Positions 56,134 to 61,281 of a stretch of DNA of 61,281 bases are shown in pieces. The position numbers and the translations under genes were made by a program. How positions within the stretch are numbered: position 1 is the first letter of the stretch; every line of letters starts with the position of its first letter. The notes beneath the pieces were generated by a model. The model was given only the letters and a program-made list of their open reading frames with translations. It was not told the origin of the DNA and ran no database searches. The stretch spans positions 5,138-66,418 of the forward strand of contig PXQO01000025.1 in the NCBI GenBank assembly GCA_003021285.1, given 5' to 3'. This DNA is from Halobacteriales archaeon QH_2_65_14. GTDB lineage: Archaea; Halobacteriota; Halobacteria; Halobacteriales; Haloarculaceae.

Positions 56134-57027
56134 TCAGGGGAGATCGACCGACACGCCGGACTGGATGCTGGCTGCCTTCACGGTGTTGTACAGCAACATC
56201 GTGATGGTCATCGGTCCGACGCCACCGGGAACTGGCGTGATGGCGCTGGCTTTCTCCCTGGCGCTCTCGAACTCGACGTCGCCGACGAGTTTGTACCCCT
56301 TCTCGGTGTCCGCCTCGACGCGATTCACGCCGACGTCGATGACGGTCGCCCCCTCCTTGATCATCGAGCCGTCGACGAGTTCCGGGTAGCCTGCCGCGGC
56401 GATCACGATGTCGGCTTCCCGCGTCTTCTCCCCGAGGTCGTCGGTCCGGGAGTGACAGACGGTGGTGGTCGCGTTGCCGCCGGGCGACTTCTGGATCAGC
56501 AGATTCGCCATGGGTTTGCCGACGATGTCCGACCGGCCGACGACGACGGCGTCCTTGCCCTCGGTGTCGACGTCGGCGGCCTCGAGTAGCTTCTGGATGC
56601 CGTGCGGTGTCGCGGGCTTGAACCGTGCGTGTCCCGCCACGAGTAGCCCGACGTTCTCGGGGTGGAACCCGTCGACGTCCTTGTGGGGGTCGACCCTCCG
56701 GAGGACCCTGCGTTCGTCGACGTGGTCCGGAACGGGCATCTGCACGAGGAACCCGTGGACGTCGGGGTCGTCGTTCAGCTCGTCGATGCGCTCGAACAGC
56801 GCTTTCGCCGGCGCATCCGGGTCGATCTCCCGGTGGACCCCCCGGATACCGATCTCCTCACAGGCCTGCTGTTTCATCGAGACGTACGTCTCGCTCGCCG
56901 GGTCCTCGCTCATCAGGACCGTGGCGAGTCCGGGTCGGACGTCCGCGGCCGCCAGCGTCTCGATGCACTCTGCCAGGTCGTTTCGAATCCGGTCCCCAAT
57001 CGCGTTACCGTCGAGCACGTGCGTCAT
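56134..57027 (-). CDS. folD: methylene-THF dehydrogenase/cyclohydrolase
   Basis: KDVDGFHPEN, VVGRSDIVGKP, TPVPGGVGPMT. Confidence 0.96.
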   Translation of the reverse strand: MTHVLDGNAIGDRIRNDLAECIETLAAADVRPGLATVLMSEDPASETYVSMKQQACEEIGIRGVHREIDPDAPAKALFERIDELNDDPDVHGFLVQMPVPDHVDERRVLRRVDPHKDVDGFHPENVGLLVAGHARFKPATPHGIQKLLEAADVDTEGKDAVVVGRSDIVGKPMANLLIQKSPGGNATTTVCHSRTDDLGEKTREADIVIAAAGYPELVDGSMIKEGATVIDVGVNRVEADTEKGYKLVGDVEFESAREKASAITPVPGGVGPMTITMLLYNTVKAASIQSGVSVDLP

Positions 57028-57337
57028 GATTCGTTCCCACCGTCCGTACTTGATCGAGCGCTCGTAGTAGATAGCATGGTACTCTCCTGGACCCTGTTTC
57101 GTTCAGTTTGTTATCAATTCACTGGCTAGGCGTCTAAACTGATGTGTCGTGCTGGAGACGGCCGGACCTCCACAATACGACACCGGGTTGATAACAATAA
57201 TTTCGCCGGGAAACGGGTGTTCTGGGGTCCACTCGTGGCCCTGTTCGCGGGCCGTCCGACGGTTGCAACGGGGCCTCCCTGTCCGGGAGTCGGGGGTGGA
57301 AAAAACATAACTACGCTGTTCCGGAGTCTAGAGTAGA

Positions 57338-58183
57338 ATGGCGAACCAGTCGGCACAACCAAGGAACCTTCTCGTCGATCCCCGGTTCGAACTGATGCCG
57401 TTCGAGAGCATCGAAGAACAGGTCGCGCACCTCCCGGACTACGCGACGATTACGATCACCGCGTCCCCGACGCTCGGGCTGGAAGACACGATTGTCTGGA
57501 CGGAGAACCTGGCAGCCGAGGGGTACACAATCGTCCCCCACATCGCCGCCAGATACGTTCGCGACGCCGACCACCTCGACGAGATCGCCGGTCGGGTCGC
57601 CGATGCGGGCGTGACGTCAATCTTCGTCCCCGGCGGCGACCGCGAGGAACCGGTCGGCGAGTTCGAGTCCGCGTATCAGCTCCTGACGGCGCTGGAGGAA
57701 CTGGGCTACGACTTCGAGGAGGTCGGCATCACCGGCTACCCGGAGGGCCACGCGTTTCTCGACGAGGAGACGCTCGCCGAGTCGATGCAACGGAAGGCCC
57801 CCTACGCAACGTACATCACGACACAGATCTGTTACGACCCCGACCGCATCCTCGAGTGGATCGGGACGGTCCGGGACGAGCGCGGGATCGACCTCCCGGT
57901 GGAGATCGGGATTCCGGGCGTGATGAAATACCAGCGGCTCATCGGCATCTCCCGCAAGGTCGGCGTCGGCGAGTCCGTTCAGTTCCTGCAGAAGACGACC
58001 GGCATCCTCGACTTCGTCAGGGAGGTCATCGGCTCCCGCGGCAGATACGAGCCGGACGACCTCGTCGACGGACTCACCCCCTACGCGGACGACCCACACT
58101 ACAACATCCGGCGGCTTCATATCTACACGTTCAACCAGGTTTCCGACACCGAGGCGTGGCGCACGGCCAGGCTCAATCGGTGA
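57338..58183 (+). CDS. metF: methylenetetrahydrofolate reductase
   Basis: VPHIAAR, GGD, TGYPEGH, ITTQICYD, HIYTFN. Confidence 0.85.
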   Translation: MANQSAQPRNLLVDPRFELMPFESIEEQVAHLPDYATITITASPTLGLEDTIVWTENLAAEGYTIVPHIAARYVRDADHLDEIAGRVADAGVTSIFVPGGDREEPVGEFESAYQLLTALEELGYDFEEVGITGYPEGHAFLDEETLAESMQRKAPYATYITTQICYDPDRILEWIGTVRDERGIDLPVEIGIPGVMKYQRLIGISRKVGVGESVQFLQKTTGILDFVREVIGSRGRYEPDDLVDGLTPYADDPHYNIRRLHIYTFNQVSDTEAWRTARLNR

Positions 58184-58399
58184 TTTGACCGACATGCTGT
58201 GTGCGGACCGCCGGAGACGCCTTCCGGGCGCGCTTGCGGGCGGTCGGACCGCGTCCGTTCCTCGCTCCCTCCAAGATTTTTACAGATGATTACCGTATCC
58301 GGTGAGTATGACTGTCTTTCCAGACACGGCCGTGCGAGAGACCCAGGCGAGCAGTTGCGAGTGCACCGGTGCCGACACGCGGCAACAGTGGGCGTACCG

Positions 58400-59629
58400 A
58401 TGACGGTCGAACGGGTCGATTACAGCGACATCGAAGCAGCATTAGAGCGCTTCGACAACCCGAGGGTCGTCAAGGAGACACCGCTCGAACGGAGCACCTC
58501 GCTGGAGGCCGTAACCGACGCGGACGAGGTCCGGCTGAAGCTGGAACATCTCCAGTGGACGGGATCGTTCAAGACGCGTGGGGCGTACAACAAGATCGCG
58601 GCGCGCCTGGAAGAGGGACCCCTCGACCAGGTGGTCACCGCCAGCGCAGGCAACCACGCCCAGGGCGTCGCGCTCGCGGCGACCGAACTGGGCGTCGACT
58701 CGACAATAGTCATGCCGAAAACCGCGCCGCAGGCGAAAGTCGAGGCGACGCGTCACTACGGCGGGACCGTCGAACTCGTGGGACAGGACTTCAGGGCGGC
58801 CGAGCGGCGAGCACGCGAGCTGGTCGAGGAGACCGGTGCCGAGTACGTCCACGCCTTCGACGACCCCGCGATCATCGCCGGACAGGGGACGCTCGGCGTC
58901 GAGATGTACGAGAACTGGCAGTCGGTGGACACGGTCATCGTTCCGATTGGTGGTGGGGGCCTCATCAGCGGAATCTCGACCGCGTTCGCCGAGTTGCGCC
59001 CCGAAACACGGATCGTCGGCGTCCAGGCGACGGGCGGCCAGACAATCGTCGACAGCCTCGAGAAGGGAATCCCGCAGACACTCGACTCGGTCGATACAAT
59101 CGCCGACGGCATCGCAACCGGCGGCGTCTCGGAGCTGACGCTGTCGATCATCGAGCGACACGTCGACGACGTCGTCACGGTGACGGATAGTCAGATCGCC
59201 GATGCCGTCCTGCTGTTGATGGAACGCGCGAAACAGGTCGTCGAGGGGGCCGGTGCCGCCTCGGTCGCGGCACTGGTTGCCGGCGAGGTGGACGTGACCG
59301 GCGAGAACGTCATGCCGCTCCTCTGTGGCGGGAATCTCGACATGACAATGCTCATGGAGGTTGTGATTCACGCGCTCACGCGCCGGAAACAGATCGTCCG
59401 GTTGCGAGTGCACATCGATGACCGACCGGGGAAGATGGAGGCCATCTCGGGTATCATCGCTGACCACGGCGCAAACATCCAGACCGTGCAACACGACCGC
59501 GCCTTGCGGGACCTCGACGTCGGCGAGGCGTACCTCGTTTTTCAGGTCGAGACCAGCGGCGCGGAGCACGCCGCCAACATCGTCGACTCGCTCTCCGAAC
59601 ACGGGTACGATGTCGACGTCGTGAACTGA
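58400..59629 (+). CDS. ilvA: threonine/serine ammonia-lyase with a C-terminal ACT domain
   Basis: TGSFKTRGA (PLP Lys), ASAGNHAQG, PIGGGGL, DRPG ACT domain. Confidence 0.93.
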   Translation: MTVERVDYSDIEAALERFDNPRVVKETPLERSTSLEAVTDADEVRLKLEHLQWTGSFKTRGAYNKIAARLEEGPLDQVVTASAGNHAQGVALAATELGVDSTIVMPKTAPQAKVEATRHYGGTVELVGQDFRAAERRARELVEETGAEYVHAFDDPAIIAGQGTLGVEMYENWQSVDTVIVPIGGGGLISGISTAFAELRPETRIVGVQATGGQTIVDSLEKGIPQTLDSVDTIADGIATGGVSELTLSIIERHVDDVVTVTDSQIADAVLLLMERAKQVVEGAGAASVAALVAGEVDVTGENVMPLLCGGNLDMTMLMEVVIHALTRRKQIVRLRVHIDDRPGKMEAISGIIADHGANIQTVQHDRALRDLDVGEAYLVFQVETSGAEHAANIVDSLSEHGYDVDVVN

Positions 59630-59945
59630 TAGTGGTTGCTGTGAGTATTTTCGGTCGTCCTCCGGAGTCCGGATTGCGCGACTGCGAACTCGTGTTGTCG
59701 TGATGCCCGGCGGTACCGAGTCACGACAGCTATGAAACGACCACTCGCCGTCGGGGGGACCGTCCGGGGAGAGGGATGCAACCAGCTATAGCAGGTAGTG
59801 ATCGGTTCCCGCGTATCCGTGCAGGAAACAGTCGCGTTCGCTATCGGAACTCCGTGTTACGGACAGACAATATTGAACTATAGTTCGTGATGATGCAAGA
59901 TAAGTTCAGAATCCTTAAAAACATCCGGTACAAAATGAAATATGT

Positions 59946-60152
59946 ATGGAACGAAAGACGGAACGCAGTGTAGCTCAGAACGACGAAACGTCACAGGAAA
60001 CTATCGTGAACTACATGCCCGCAATGCCGAGGCAGTCCGACCAACCGAGTCGTGTCGGCCGGATTCTCCGGAAGGTGTTCCGGCGTCGAGGCGCGCTTCG
60101 GCCGGTCACCCGGGAGGAGGAACCGGTCGTGACCACGTACGCTGACGACTAG
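59946..60152 (+). CDS. small hypothetical protein
   Basis: ATG about 30 bp after a TTAAAA box; no recognisable motif. Confidence 0.35.
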   Translation: MERKTERSVAQNDETSQETIVNYMPAMPRQSDQPSRVGRILRKVFRRRGALRPVTREEEPVVTTYADD

Positions 60153-60197
60153 GCGGACGGTCGCTACTTTTTTGCCTGTCGGAGGCAACCAGACACC

Positions 60198-60491
60198 ATG
60201 CGATCAATCGTCGGCGGAGAGCCCTACTGCAAACAGTGCGGGTACGATATCGACCGTGGTGAGAGTATATGTCCACGGTGCCAGTTCAGCCCCCGCCAAC
60301 GAGGGCTCAAAATCGCACTGTGGCTGTTGCTGGCCGTCGTCGTCTGCATGTCGCTCCTGATAGTGGTGCCGTCAATCGGGAGAGTGCTGATCGGGGTCGC
60401 CGCGGTCGCGTTCATGCTGTCGTTCGTGATGTTGTTCGTCTCGTTCGTTGCGACGCCGTACCGCCTCGGATCGCTTTTCCTCCGGCTGTGA
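60198..60491 (+). CDS. small zinc-ribbon membrane protein
   Basis: CKQCG...CPRC followed by two TM helices. Confidence 0.65.
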   Translation: MRSIVGGEPYCKQCGYDIDRGESICPRCQFSPRQRGLKIALWLLLAVVVCMSLLIVVPSIGRVLIGVAAVAFMLSFVMLFVSFVATPYRLGSLFLRL

Positions 60492-60885
60492 GCAGTTTAT
60501 CGCACACGTCGGAAACGATTCTGAGGGACCGGACCTACACAGTTTTCTCCCGGCCACTTACCCTGCGGTGAGAAGCTTGCACGTACTGAAAGGTGCGTTG
60601 GCCGTCGCTTTCACATAGACAACGAGTCACGGTGTCGCCCTCTCCTGCGAGCAATCAACAACATATATAGATTATTAAATGAAACGAAGGAATCAAGTCG
60701 TTTCACGCTGTTCTGACAATCAGAAAGTTACAAAAGTAGATGATGTCAAAAAACCATAAAAAAGACGCACAGTCACGTCAGGTGATTCGGTGCCGAATCC
60801 ACCAGAAAAAATAGAAAAAAAACGTCATCAACAATGATGAATGGCATGCGACAACGAACGAGGGGTACAGAACCGGGGGTAAACC

Positions 60886-61281
60886 ATGGCTGACGACGAC
60901 GACGATGGCTTTGGCGGTGAGGGTCTGCAGGTAGAGCTGTTCCATGCAGAGACAGATCGAGAACCGGGCGACACGAACTGGCAGGGATTCGGATTCGACG
61001 TTCACCCGCAGGTGTTTTTCATCTCCGCGTTCGTGGTCCTCCTTTTCATCGCGTTCTCGTTGATCTTCCAGGATACGGCTCAGACCGTGTACGAGGACGT
61101 CCGTACGGGCGCGGGAACGAACTTCGGTTGGCTGCTCATCACGGCAGCGAACATCTTCATCATATTCATGATATATCTGGCGCTGAGTAAGTTCGGCAAG
61201 ATCAAGATCGGCGGGGTTGACGCCGAGAAGGAGTTCAGCGACATTTCGTGGGTCGCGATGCTGTTCAGCGCAGGAATGGGG
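60886..61281 (+). CDS. BCCT (betaine/carnitine/choline) transporter, runs off the window end
   Basis: My translation from ATG 60886: ...NFGW...SKFGKIKIGG..EFSDISWVAMLFSAGMG, the BCCT signature. Not in the ORF track because no stop is reached. Confidence 0.9.
   Translation, partial: MADDDDDGFGGEGLQVELFHAETDREPGDTNWQGFGFDVHPQVFFISAFVVLLFIAFSLIFQDTAQTVYEDVRTGAGTNFGWLLITAANIFIIFMIYLALSKFGKIKIGGVDAEKEFSDISWVAMLFSAGMG

Noticed and set aside
57028-57337. THF or SAM riboswitch between folD and metF
   Set aside because: No recognisable consensus by eye; an Rfam search would be needed to exclude it formally.

Overview
High-GC haloarchaeal (class Halobacteria) chromosomal window, judged from acidic proteins, archaeal EF-2, Topo VI and Tat lipoproteins. 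In order it holds: a DUF58/DUF4129/MoxR cluster; a sulfite-oxidase-family Mo enzyme paired with a Met-rich repeat lipoprotein; fusA; copZ; gyrA-gyrB divergent from top6B-top6A, with both B subunits carrying LAGLIDADG inteins; a polar amino-acid ABC transporter; several housekeeping genes; scpA-smc; gatB; topA; larC; pabAB; and a C1/folate cluster (DmdA-like methyltransferase, folD, metF, ilvA, BCCT transporter) running off the right end. I recognised no rRNA, tRNA, CRISPR array or transposase. Main observations: (i) a candidate archaeal THF-dependent osmolyte-demethylation module; (ii) a candidate MsrP/MrpX-like oxidant-scavenging pair; (iii) alternating purine-pyrimidine (Z-DNA-prone) tracts upstream of both gyrB and topA; (iv) four apparent 50-100 nt deletions in conserved genes (gyrB, topA, a class III aminotransferase, an Asn-synthase-like gene), which may be assembly artefacts; (v) a 131-bp MITE with a second partial copy, palindromic elements including an in-frame insert in topA, and a tandem amplification of one element end. 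Family assignments rest on motifs recognised by eye and on recalled homologues, not on database searches.
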